Made by a program: the position numbers and the translations under genes
Shown here: positions 8,886 to 17,856 of the stretch, one piece after another
How positions within the stretch are numbered: the stretch's first letter is position 1
How the letters are laid out: each line of letters begins with the position of its first letter
The notes under the pieces: generated by a model
The model's database searches: none
The model's input: only the letters and a program-made list of their open reading frames with translations
What the model was told of the DNA's origin: nothing
IMG/VR virus record: IMGVR_UViG_3300028920_000039
Location: 32,001 to 96,000 of that record
From: a virus
Strand: one strand, 5' to 3'
Length of the DNA: 64,000 bases

Positions 8886-9787
8886 AGTGTTTGTTCATTG
8901 ACGGTAACCACCTTCTGCACCGAAATGCTCATGTTCATACCGATCTGACCTACGGCAATGAGCCTACAGGGGCGATGTATGGCTTCTTCAACTCCATCGG
9001 CAAGATCAAACGTGAGTATCCGGCCCATCATGTTGTGATTGCCTGGGATATGGGCCACAAACGACGGGACGAGGAGAGCCTGGAGGCTGTCAAAGCCGGG
9101 ATCGTTCCTGAGCCTTACAAAGGCAATCGCACTAAGGATGAAGACGCAACCCAAGAGAATGACTTGGTAAGGTGGCAGATCAACCAGCAGTGGAATGCTC
9201 TAAGGGAAGGTCTTAAGTATACCACTTGTCAGCAGGTGCAGAAGAAGGGCTTCGAGGCTGATGATATCATTGCAAGTTATGTGATGAGCATGGACGATCC
9301 TGCTACTATCGTCACATCTGACAAGGACTATTATCAGCTGTTGGAGCCGGGCATTATCATTCGGGATGACCACCACGATAAGGTGGTTACTTTAGACAGT
9401 TTCCGGGAAGAGTTCGGTCTCGTGGCTCCGCAGCAGTGGATTGACGTCGGGGCTCTCACAGGTGATTCCAGTGACAATATTTTTGGGGTAGACGGTATCG
9501 GCATTAAGACCGCCTGCAAGCTTATAATTCAGCACAAATCCTTGAAAAACCTTTTGAAACATTTGAAGGAAGAGCGGGACAAAGGTGTAGAACTACCTAA
9601 GAGGCATGCGGCGATATTGCAGTTTGAGGAACGGGTTCTCTTGGCGTTCTCTCTCAAGCAGATGGATGACGCTATCGAAGATCTGCCACCTCTTGTGAGA
9701 AGATGCGGCCGAAATGAAGAGTTAACACAGTTTTTCAACAAGTATGCCTTTGAGTCACTTATCGACTACATTCCTGTTTTGAGTTAG
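8882..9787 (+). CDS. 5'-3' exonuclease / RNase H (FEN, T4 rnh / Pol I N-terminal family)
   Basis: IDGNHLLHR, FEADDIIAS, TSDKDYYQL, GDSSDNIFGVDGIGIKTA motifs. Confidence 0.92.
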   Translation: MKCLFIDGNHLLHRNAHVHTDLTYGNEPTGAMYGFFNSIGKIKREYPAHHVVIAWDMGHKRRDEESLEAVKAGIVPEPYKGNRTKDEDATQENDLVRWQINQQWNALREGLKYTTCQQVQKKGFEADDIIASYVMSMDDPATIVTSDKDYYQLLEPGIIIRDDHHDKVVTLDSFREEFGLVAPQQWIDVGALTGDSSDNIFGVDGIGIKTACKLIIQHKSLKNLLKHLKEERDKGVELPKRHAAILQFEERVLLAFSLKQMDDAIEDLPPLVRRCGRNEELTQFFNKYAFESLIDYIPVLS

Positions 9788-9790
9788 CCA

Positions 9791-10258
9791 ATGGCCATTG
9801 AAGAAGTTGTTCGGCCGGTTCGACGTCGTCTTCCTGATCAACGACGTTCAATCACCCATAAGTTCACCGTCTATTCTAAGTCAGTAAACCATATCTGTGC
9901 CAATTGTGGAACAGAAGTTACCTTAGAAGAGGGCGGGATCGATCTCTACCTAACAGTCGGTTTCTTTGATGACGGTTCGCCCGGTGAGCTGTTTGTCAAA
10001 CTTGCTCGCCATGGTAATACACTGAAAGGGCTGTGCGATCAATGGCTGCAGGCTGTTTCAGTTGGGCTTCAGTATGGCATTCCTCTTCAGGTCTTCTGTA
10101 GAAAAGGGTTGTTTGTGGCATTCGAACCATCCGGTCCTACGGACGACTTCATCTACGACGAAAAAGGCAAGGTTGTTGGTAAGCTCAACGCCGCTTCTCT
10201 GGTTGACTGCATCTGTAAATGGTTGATGCAGGAAGTCGTCAAACAACCTTTCGTCTAA
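9791..10258 (+). CDS. stand-alone class II ribonucleotide reductase C-terminal (TSCPD-like) domain
   Basis: RRRLPDQRRSITHKF...YLTVGFFDDGSPGELF...VSVGLQYGIP...FEPSG...SLVD matches NrdJ C-termini. Confidence 0.8.
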   Translation: MAIEEVVRPVRRRLPDQRRSITHKFTVYSKSVNHICANCGTEVTLEEGGIDLYLTVGFFDDGSPGELFVKLARHGNTLKGLCDQWLQAVSVGLQYGIPLQVFCRKGLFVAFEPSGPTDDFIYDEKGKVVGKLNAASLVDCICKWLMQEVVKQPFV

Positions 10259-10308
10259 ACAAATCTCTCTGCAGACCCTTTCATTGTATAACACATCAGA
10301 GGTGTATT

Positions 10309-10461
10309 ATGAAAGACTCTGTAGAACTGGCGATTGAACGGGTCATGTCAAACTTTCGGAAGCGGACAGTGGAGTCAGCAGAGCCCGATGAGTTTGATGA
10401 CGCTATCATCGAAGAGCTACTAGAGGAGGAGCTCACAGAAGAGCTTGAGGAGCAGAGATGA
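10309..10461 (+). CDS. small acidic protein
   Basis: GAGGTG RBS, ATG 10309. Confidence 0.55.
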   Translation: MKDSVELAIERVMSNFRKRTVESAEPDEFDDAIIEELLEEELTEELEEQR

Positions 10462-11285
10462 AGTTCGCAACTGGTTGGATTCGAGACTTTGAGGATCCTC
10501 GAGATTACACTGTAGATTCAGATGAGGTGGTGCCTTTCCTCCTTCGCCGTGAAGCATTCGGTAACAAGGATGGAAAGAAGATTCCGAATCGCTATACTAT
10601 CCCTTCATTGCCTCCTATTAAGCAGCAGGGCCGCATTGGTTCTTGTACAGCTCATGCAGCTACAACCATGTATGAGGCCTATCTGCAAGTAGCTGATCTC
10701 ATTGGCGAGCCCCTTAGCCGCCGTTTTCTGTACAAAGTCACACGAAATCTAATGGGAGAGAAGAGCGACTCCGGGGCTTACCTTAGAACTACCATGCAAG
10801 CCATGGCGATGTTTGGCATACCTCCCGAGCGCTACTTCAAGTACAGCATCAAAGAATATAACCGAGAACCGTCCGGTTTCCATTATTCTATGGCGCAGAA
10901 CTACCAGGCTCTCACCTACTATCGCCTGGATCGTCGTGAGAAGCCTGAGAAGACGATTGATTGCATCAAGACCAACATTGCCGCTAATCGTGCTTGCATG
11001 TTTGGCTTTGTTGTGTTTTCAAACCTGAAAGAGGACGGTGACATTCAGCTCCCGAGTCGGCGTGACAAGGTTGAAGGCGGACATGCTGTTTGCGCTGCTG
11101 GCTACAATGACATCTACAAGGTTGGTGATTCTGTAGGAGCGTTCAGAATTGCTAACTCATGGGGCACTGAGTGGGGTGACGATGGTTTCGGATGGCTCCC
11201 TTACGACTACGTTAGATTTGGACTTGCCACTGATTGGTGGACGATAATGAAAGGTGAATGGTTGGAGCTGGACTGTTTCAAATGA
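10458..11285 (+). CDS. papain-like cysteine peptidase (C1 family)
   Basis: QGRIGSCTA (catalytic Cys, oxyanion Gln), GGHAV (His), NSWG (Asn). Confidence 0.92.
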   Translation: MKFATGWIRDFEDPRDYTVDSDEVVPFLLRREAFGNKDGKKIPNRYTIPSLPPIKQQGRIGSCTAHAATTMYEAYLQVADLIGEPLSRRFLYKVTRNLMGEKSDSGAYLRTTMQAMAMFGIPPERYFKYSIKEYNREPSGFHYSMAQNYQALTYYRLDRREKPEKTIDCIKTNIAANRACMFGFVVFSNLKEDGDIQLPSRRDKVEGGHAVCAAGYNDIYKVGDSVGAFRIANSWGTEWGDDGFGWLPYDYVRFGLATDWWTIMKGEWLELDCFK

Positions 11286-11650
11286 AAGACGAGGACATCG
11301 AAAAAGCAATAGACCACATGATGCTTGATGAGGTGGAGTTCATGAGTCCGGGCGATCCTCGTTACAAGCAGCTCATGCAGTTCCAGAAGAAATATGGCCA
11401 CATGCCTCCGACTGCTCGAAGGGTGCATCTCGGCTCTCCAGGCAGCACTTTGGCTCCAAGAGGGGCAATGAAGAAGAATTCATTGTCGGAATACATCTAC
11501 CAGAAGCTGGTGGCCGCCCATGAGCACTGGACCAGCCCTGACTACAGCGATTCAGTAGACGATGCTACTATGATTGGTGAGCTTGAGAAACAGCTTGAAC
11601 AAGAAGTTGAAGCGGCTCTTCGAGCCTACAAAGAATGGGCTACACACTAA
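11282..11650 (+). CDS. hypothetical protein (IEKAIDHMM motif)
   Basis: ATG overlapping the upstream TGA. Confidence 0.65.
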   Translation: MKDEDIEKAIDHMMLDEVEFMSPGDPRYKQLMQFQKKYGHMPPTARRVHLGSPGSTLAPRGAMKKNSLSEYIYQKLVAAHEHWTSPDYSDSVDDATMIGELEKQLEQEVEAALRAYKEWATH

Positions 11651-11985
11651 TGAATGAAGCAAAAGAACGTCGGTTGGTTTGGGTGGATGTTGGTCACCGG
11701 TGGCGTGATGCTTTTACTAAGTGGTTTAAGCAGAACAAGATGCCTATTTGGGATCAAGGGTGGACTCGAGGTTCCACTGGTTGGGGTTTTCAGGTTGAAA
11801 CAGACCTGACACCTGATGACCTCCAAGACAAGCTCTGGAACGAGGTTCCGGGTGCCGGGATGATTGCTATTTCGACGGGTTATGTGGATGACGACGAGGA
11901 AGACGACGAACAAGACGTGTCCGGAGATTACCCCTCCATTTTTGATGCAGAAGGTCGTTACCAGACGCGACAGATGGGCCAATGA
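11650..11985 (+). CDS. hypothetical protein
   Basis: TAATG coupling; possibly frameshift-joined to the next ORF. Confidence 0.6.
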   Translation: MNEAKERRLVWVDVGHRWRDAFTKWFKQNKMPIWDQGWTRGSTGWGFQVETDLTPDDLQDKLWNEVPGAGMIAISTGYVDDDEEDDEQDVSGDYPSIFDAEGRYQTRQMGQ

Positions 11986-12016
11986 AGAACCGGATGATTA
12001 CGAAGACCATAAAGAT

Positions 12017-12820
12017 ATGGCAGATGCTGCTTGGTACTATGCAACAGGAGATCAAGTAGCTTCTCCTCCTGCTGAATTGGTTCGTTATGCAGAGAAAGAG
12101 ATATGGCAACCGCACGTGAAATCAACGTGGGAAGGCGTCGAAGCAGCTATCGCCACACTGGTTGAAAAGAGCTCAAAGAAAGTTACAACTGGTTGGGGTT
12201 TTATGGATGATGATTATGCAGAATACGAAGAGATGTCTGATTACAGAATGAGTGATGACATACAGGCTCTCAAGAAAAAGGTGCAAAAACTTGCAGACCA
12301 GTACGATTGGAAGATCATTGAATGGGTTGATGATTCTGATCGTTCAGGAATGTATGTTCAAGTCTATCTCGAGGTGCCTTTTACGACAACAGAAGAGGAA
12401 GTGTCGGAAATCCTTGGACAAGAAGCAGAAGAGGTCGAAGAATCCATTGATGCAGCTATCAACATGCTTCTTGAGCAACCCAAGGTTCGAAAGGCTAGCG
12501 TCGCTAAGCAGATCAATGATCTTCTGAAATCAGTCGGCTTCAAAATTGATGGCAGAGAGACCACCGCTGGTGCTATCAAGACGTGGCTTAAGAAAGAAGA
12601 TGGTTTTACCATGGAAGAGATTTTAGATGTGCTCAAACTTGTCTTTCCTCGAACATACATTCACGAGTATGAGATAGTTTTTGGGAAAGGTCCAAAGGTG
12701 AAAGACATTTATGTTCCTGGCGTTGCAACCTTGGAAAAGCAAGGAAAGACCGGTTTGTTTGTAGCAGTGTATCAGAGAGGACGTGGCGGCATGGAATATG
12801 AGATGGGACTTGATGTATGA
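12017..12820 (+). CDS. hypothetical acidic protein (start uncertain)
   Basis: frame open from 11864; first plausible ATG 12017 lacks a clear RBS. Confidence 0.6.
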   Translation: MADAAWYYATGDQVASPPAELVRYAEKEIWQPHVKSTWEGVEAAIATLVEKSSKKVTTGWGFMDDDYAEYEEMSDYRMSDDIQALKKKVQKLADQYDWKIIEWVDDSDRSGMYVQVYLEVPFTTTEEEVSEILGQEAEEVEESIDAAINMLLEQPKVRKASVAKQINDLLKSVGFKIDGRETTAGAIKTWLKKEDGFTMEEILDVLKLVFPRTYIHEYEIVFGKGPKVKDIYVPGVATLEKQGKTGLFVAVYQRGRGGMEYEMGLDV

Positions 12821-13461
12821 TCCTTCCTGAGTTAGAAGTTGGAGATGTGCTATATCGCAAAGGTACTGCTCGTTACGCAGTACACTCTGTCAAGAGAGGC
12901 AAGAAGCTCGACGAGCCAGTCTACATGCTTCGAGGCCTTGAGACCGGTGTTGTCTTCGGGCCTTTCCCGGGTGAGTATCTTAGTGGTGAAGGGTACTATG
13001 TGATGGAGAGACAACAAACCGAAGCTACCAAACACGTATACATCTTCAAGTACAAAGATTCCGACCAAGAGGTCCTTCGTACCACTGCGTCAAGCCAAGC
13101 GCAAGCCATTCACCAAGCCGGTATTCGAAAAGGACACGATTGGATACAAGATGCAATTGAAACCGGTTTGATCCTCATTGATGTTGAGAAGCCCAAGGAG
13201 AAGAAGGATTCGCCTGATGTAGGACCTTCCTGCCCGAACTGCAAGAAACGCAACTCCAAGACGATTGCTACTGGTGAGACAATGTGTCGTGAGTGCGGCT
13301 GGATATGGGATACCCGAGACGAGTCCATCAGCCAGCTCATCAAAACGGTTTCAGGCAACACAGACGCCAAGCCAATGCTGAAGAAATGGAAGCAGCAGCT
13401 TGGCAAGATGATTCCTATGGACAAGGAGGTTGACGAAGCCATAGCGCTGTTGCTGCAGTGA
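12817..13461 (+). CDS. hypothetical protein with Zn ribbon
   Basis: CPNC...CRECGW; ATGA overlap with upstream gene. Confidence 0.7.
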   Translation: MILPELEVGDVLYRKGTARYAVHSVKRGKKLDEPVYMLRGLETGVVFGPFPGEYLSGEGYYVMERQQTEATKHVYIFKYKDSDQEVLRTTASSQAQAIHQAGIRKGHDWIQDAIETGLILIDVEKPKEKKDSPDVGPSCPNCKKRNSKTIATGETMCRECGWIWDTRDESISQLIKTVSGNTDAKPMLKKWKQQLGKMIPMDKEVDEAIALLLQ

Positions 13462-13579
13462 TTTGGTCGCTGCCGCCTCTGCTTTCTCCTCATCTCCTCG
13501 GGCATGTGGTGGCGACCTTATTTGAGGAACTGTCGTTGACTGTTGTATAGAAATTGTATTTTTATATAGGAGAAAAACA

Positions 13580-14077
13580 ATGAAATGGTATGTCGCAGAG
13601 TTCAATGTGTCTCCTGGGTTGCCCAGTGGCCTTCCAGAGTTTATTAATGCTGTTGTTTTGCCTACAAGGTTGGCTGCGATTGGCCTGTTGAAGAAAAGAT
13701 CTGAAGCGCTGTCTCCTGGCAATGAACTGGTTTTAGGATCGGGTGAAGGTGGAGAGGAGTATTTTCCTACTGAATTTGAAGAACCTCCTGTTGAGTCTTC
13801 CGACCCCATCGAAGCAGCCATCGACCACATGCTGGACGAGAAAGGTGGAAAGACCTTCTCTCTAAAGGGCCGAGGTAAGAAGCCCGCTACCTTCAAGAAA
13901 GGCGCCCTTCATCGGCAACTCGATGTTCCCCAGGACAAACCGATCCCGCCAGGCAAGAAAAAGGCTGCTTTGGCCGGAGAGTATGGTCCGCTTGCTAAGA
14001 AGCGAGCAACAGCTGCTTTCAAAGGTATACTGAAGAAGGGTCGTGAGACTGCTGCGGCAGGAAGGAAGAAATCATGA
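13580..14077 (+). CDS. hypothetical protein, acidic N-half and basic C-half
   Basis: AGGAG RBS; KKGALHRQLDVPQDKPIP basic module. Confidence 0.7.
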   Translation: MKWYVAEFNVSPGLPSGLPEFINAVVLPTRLAAIGLLKKRSEALSPGNELVLGSGEGGEEYFPTEFEEPPVESSDPIEAAIDHMLDEKGGKTFSLKGRGKKPATFKKGALHRQLDVPQDKPIPPGKKKAALAGEYGPLAKKRATAAFKGILKKGRETAAAGRKKS

Positions 14078-14931
14078 AGCATAGCGAAATCCAAGAGATG
14101 TTAGTTCCCGGTTCCACCAAGGTGGTGGTTGAAGCAGAGGAAGAAATTGCCGTTCGTGTAGGCAACATGAATTACCAGGTTCAGAATGGCGGTTGGGATC
14201 AGTGGTGGGATAATGGATACGGACCTCGCGACATTGATTGGTTGGTTGACTTTTTTCACACACATCGAGAATATAAGTCTTTCAAGTGGATTTTTGATCT
14301 ACTTGAAAAGGTACAATACACAAGTGAGCTTCCGGGTACGGAAGAGTGCACATGGTGTGGCGGTTCTGGTGAAATTGAAGATGAAGATCCTGAAACTGGT
14401 GAAGTGGAGTATGAGGAGTGTCCTGAATGTAGAGGTACTGGTGAGGTGGCAACTGATGAACCTTCTTTTCCTGATGAGTATGATGATTCCTACTATGCTG
14501 GCAATGACAAGCTGATGGATGACATGGAGTTGTACCTTTCAGGCAAAGGGGATGAGATCGAGACAGTCAGTCCAGAAACCACTCCGAAGGAAGAGCCTCC
14601 TGCGGAAGAGCCTCCTGCGGAAGAGCCTCCTGCGGAAGAGCCTCCTGCGGAAGAGCCTCCTGCGGAAGAGCCTCCTGCGGAAGAGCCTCCTGCGGAAGAG
14701 CCTCCTGCGGAAGAGCCATCTGCGGAAGAACCATCTGCTGAAAAGAAAAGACCTCGTGTGAAGCTGGTAGGCACGGACGGCAACGCCTTTGCAGTTCTGG
14801 GCACAGTCACTCGTGCACTCAAGAAGGCTGGTTACTCCAAGGAAGAGGTGGATGAGTTTCGAAGGGAAGCTATGGGCGGGGACTACAATCATCTGCTGGC
14901 AACAGCAATGGAGTGGGTGGATGTGTACTAG
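14074..14931 (+). CDS. modular protein: DMP19/DUF4375-like motif, CxxCxGxG Zn finger, EEPPA repeat, small C-terminal domain
   Basis: YQVQNGGWDQWWDNG; CTWCGGSG/CPECRGTG; VKLVGTDGNAFAVLG...GDYNHLL. Confidence 0.7.
   Translation: MKHSEIQEMLVPGSTKVVVEAEEEIAVRVGNMNYQVQNGGWDQWWDNGYGPRDIDWLVDFFHTHREYKSFKWIFDLLEKVQYTSELPGTEECTWCGGSGEIEDEDPETGEVEYEECPECRGTGEVATDEPSFPDEYDDSYYAGNDKLMDDMELYLSGKGDEIETVSPETTPKEEPPAEEPPAEEPPAEEPPAEEPPAEEPPAEEPPAEEPPAEEPSAEEPSAEKKRPRVKLVGTDGNAFAVLGTVTRALKKAGYSKEEVDEFRREAMGGDYNHLLATAMEWVDVY
14590..14739 (+). repeat. 15-bp tandem repeat GAAGAGCCTCCTGCG x8 plus 2 degenerate copies (EEPPA)
   Basis: read directly from sequence. Confidence 0.95.
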
Positions 14932-14940
14932 GAGGTAGAA

Positions 14941-15453
14941 ATGACACCATTGTCTGGTCCGGAAGATTACAACGTGGACAGCACCAAAGAAGAGTTTCTG
15001 ACAGTATTCAAACATGAGCTTGAAATGTTTCAGAAGCCAAAGTGTGACCCTACCAATCTAAGCGAACACACCACCGAAGACATTGTTCATGATATCTTCA
15101 GAGCTCTGTATGGTAATGGTGGTGAAACCCGAGGAATCATCTGGAAGATGGCTGAGCAGTCTGTGTTAGTTCTTGAACTCACCAACAGACAGAATGCTTG
15201 TAGGGGGCAAGTAGTTCAACATTTCAAAAGCCACAAGGAAGAGGCAATCGCCAAGGATAGGGGTGTGGTAGCGTTTGTTGCAAGGCACAAAGTGTTGTCT
15301 ACTGTTGCAGCAATTCTTATGTTTTTCGGCCTTTCCAGTTTGTGGGCAATAGCTATGCAGAAGAAGCAAGCCACCAAGCTTGAAAGTATAGTGCTCAGTG
15401 CAGTGAACAAGCATATAGAGATTCTAAAAGACGAGAACAAATCAGGAGGTTGA
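14941..15453 (+). CDS. hypothetical membrane protein
   Basis: GGAGG RBS; hydrophobic VLSTVAAILMFFGLSSLWAIAM segment. Confidence 0.7.
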   Translation: MTPLSGPEDYNVDSTKEEFLTVFKHELEMFQKPKCDPTNLSEHTTEDIVHDIFRALYGNGGETRGIIWKMAEQSVLVLELTNRQNACRGQVVQHFKSHKEEAIAKDRGVVAFVARHKVLSTVAAILMFFGLSSLWAIAMQKKQATKLESIVLSAVNKHIEILKDENKSGG

Positions 15454-15454
15454 A

Positions 15455-16069
15455 ATGGATTCAATTCGTGAAATGGTGAAGCCTATTTTGGCAGGCTGGT
15501 GCCCACAGGCGGAATTGATTCAAGAACATGAGAAGCTGGACGAAGGCATTCGTGCTCAATTGAATGTGTATTTGGATGATATCTCTGAGGAAGAGCTGGA
15601 GAAGGTGAAGGACAGCATCGAAAAGGCGCTTCAGGACTGCGGTCATGCTCCTGTATCCTATGACGAGCTGATGAAGGCTGCTGGCATCAAGCCTATTTTG
15701 GGAGAAGCAGAAGAGCCTGAGGCGAAGGAAGAAGCAGAGCGCACACCTTCTGAAACTCCTCCGGTGTCGGGGACAGTTGAGCGTGCACTTATAAATCTTT
15801 GCTCGGAGCTAATCCAAGAAAACTGGACTGGTGCTTCGGAACACGACAAAGAGATCGCTGCTCAGAGTTGTCACGTTTCGCGTGCTAAGTGGTTGGCCCC
15901 GGAATCGACCATGAATTATCTGGTCGAGACAGAATACATCTCAGATGAACACGAGGAGCCTCAGAAGTATTGGTGGGATATTCAGGTGAAGATGCCTGGA
16001 GGTGAGTATTCAGTTGAAGAACCACCCGCCGCTGACGAGAGTCTTCAGATCACACAGCGAAAGGGTTAA
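15455..16069 (+). CDS. hypothetical acidic protein
   Basis: AGGAGG RBS; 204-aa ORF. Confidence 0.75.
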   Translation: MDSIREMVKPILAGWCPQAELIQEHEKLDEGIRAQLNVYLDDISEEELEKVKDSIEKALQDCGHAPVSYDELMKAAGIKPILGEAEEPEAKEEAERTPSETPPVSGTVERALINLCSELIQENWTGASEHDKEIAAQSCHVSRAKWLAPESTMNYLVETEYISDEHEEPQKYWWDIQVKMPGGEYSVEEPPAADESLQITQRKG

Positions 16070-16121
16070 AGCCCGTTGAGGAGCAATGAGAGATTATATC
16101 TCCGAATACGGAGAGTAAGAA

Positions 16122-17186
16122 GTGCGACTTCGAGAGATTACTATCATGATTGAAGCCGGTGCTTTGGAGGAAAGCATCCAGCAATTGATTAAGGATTTGC
16201 GCGCCACGCAACACGGCGATCGCACCAATCCTGCATACGACATTCTCCAAGATTACCACATGGAAGGTGGTGTCTGGAAGCACACCAAGCTAGCCCTCGA
16301 CGCCCTTCCGAAAGCAGCAAAAGCACTTGCTGACTATTTGGATGATCCTAAGTACACAGAGATCTATGATGAGTTCAAGCATCACCTGCGTGCTGCTGCG
16401 TTTTTTCACGACATCGGCAAGATCGCTACACAGGAGCCTTCCAAGAGACGTCCTGGATCATACTCTTTCCCAGGACATGCTGAGGAAGATCTGATCAATG
16501 ATCTTCTGGATGAGTATGATATTGAAACCAATCAGCTTGTGGCTGAACTGGTAGCCCATCATCATGATGTTCCTTCTGATTTGGCTGAACTGGTGGGTGA
16601 CTGGGATGAGGCTCAACTTATCATGTTAATGATCCTAAAGGTGGCTGACAACATGGCGGTTGGTCCTCGAGGTGTGGGCGATGCTATCAAGCATGTGCAT
16701 CCTTTCCTAGTAGCTCTCCAGGACCAGGAAGAATACGGCCCGCCTCTTCAGGATCAGTGGAGCATCGAAAACATCGAGTGGGCAGAAGGTAGCGAACTTG
16801 GTTTCATGGAACCTGAGCAGGAGATAGTTGGTCCCCATGTGGCCGGTGAGATCGGCGGGGAAGAAGGGGAAGAAGAGGTTATAGGATTGGAAACCTCTGG
16901 GGAGCGAGAGCTGGTATCTTACATAAGCTCGCCGGTATATGAAGGCGATTTCACCGGATCTGTCAGAGCTATGGTTGGTAAGAATCCGGAACCAGTGGAA
17001 GATTTTCTTAGGCATGATGTGATGAGCTTCCTGAAAGCCGAACCGAATGCACCTGAAGAGGGGCAGTGGGTTGACTTTGAGGAGGAGGTTGATCTTGAGG
17101 TTCTTCCCAAGAAATCTTTTGAACTAACATCGGAAACAGCAGACGCAATCGAGTTTCCGATCTATGTGAAAGTAAGCTGGGGCTAA
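16122..17186 (+). CDS. HD-domain phosphohydrolase with acidic C-terminal extension
   Basis: YHMEGGVWKHT, FFHDIGK, FPGHAE, VAHH, VADN: HD type associated with CCA-adding enzymes. Confidence 0.8.
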   Translation: MRLREITIMIEAGALEESIQQLIKDLRATQHGDRTNPAYDILQDYHMEGGVWKHTKLALDALPKAAKALADYLDDPKYTEIYDEFKHHLRAAAFFHDIGKIATQEPSKRRPGSYSFPGHAEEDLINDLLDEYDIETNQLVAELVAHHHDVPSDLAELVGDWDEAQLIMLMILKVADNMAVGPRGVGDAIKHVHPFLVALQDQEEYGPPLQDQWSIENIEWAEGSELGFMEPEQEIVGPHVAGEIGGEEGEEEVIGLETSGERELVSYISSPVYEGDFTGSVRAMVGKNPEPVEDFLRHDVMSFLKAEPNAPEEGQWVDFEEEVDLEVLPKKSFELTSETADAIEFPIYVKVSWG

Positions 17187-17208
17187 AGCCCAAGAGGAGA
17201 CATCATCA

Positions 17209-17856
17209 GTGGAGAAGTACAAACTCTTAGTGACGGGTTGTGGAAGAAGCGGAACAAGTTTTATTTGCAGTGTGTTGGCGCAATGCAAACAACCACTTGA
17301 CCTTGGCCATGAAAGCTGGATAGGCAAGGACGGGATTGCTTCGTGGTTGTTGGCATTTGACAAGAAGCCTCCTCGCGGACCCCAGAATGTAACTTATAGA
17401 GATTTTGATATTGTCTTTCACCAAGTTCGACATCCCTTAGGAGTAATCTCTTCTCTTCACACTGCTGGACAGGAATCATGGGAGTTCTTTAAAGAGTGTG
17501 TTCCTGAATTAAAAGCGCATTCTTGGCCCTATATGCGCCGCCAAAAGGTTCATCCACAAGATGCTGATACACACCTCCTTGCTTGTGCTAAATGTTGGTA
17601 TTACTGGAATCTGCAAGCGGAAAAGATAGCGCAGTGGACGTATCAGGTAGAAAAACTGCCTGAGGTGTTTGAACAGTTTTGCCACAACGTCGGAATTCCA
17701 TACGATGCAGATGTTTTCTGCAAGAAGCTGAAGACAGACTCTCGCAAAACCCGAAGGGACTACGTTCAGATTTGCTGGTCTGATATTCAAGAATTGAGCC
17801 CAAAACTATGTAAGAAAATACAACAGCTTGCAAGGAGATACGGGTATGAGCAGTAG
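17209..17856 (+). CDS. sulfotransferase-family protein
   Basis: VTGCGRSGTSF (5'-PSB loop), GHE, QVRHPLGVISS (3'-PB). Confidence 0.75.
   Translation: MEKYKLLVTGCGRSGTSFICSVLAQCKQPLDLGHESWIGKDGIASWLLAFDKKPPRGPQNVTYRDFDIVFHQVRHPLGVISSLHTAGQESWEFFKECVPELKAHSWPYMRRQKVHPQDADTHLLACAKCWYYWNLQAEKIAQWTYQVEKLPEVFEQFCHNVGIPYDADVFCKKLKTDSRKTRRDYVQICWSDIQELSPKLCKKIQQLARRYGYEQ

Noticed and set aside
13462-13579. Intergenic region with a GGTCGC/GCGACC inverted repeat as a possible ncRNA or tRNA
   Set aside because: Only a 6-bp stem around a long loop, with no cloverleaf or T-loop motif; no tRNA or rRNA was recognised anywhere in the window
14590-14739. Possible CRISPR array
   Set aside because: The 15-bp units are contiguous with no spacers and lie in-frame in a CDS
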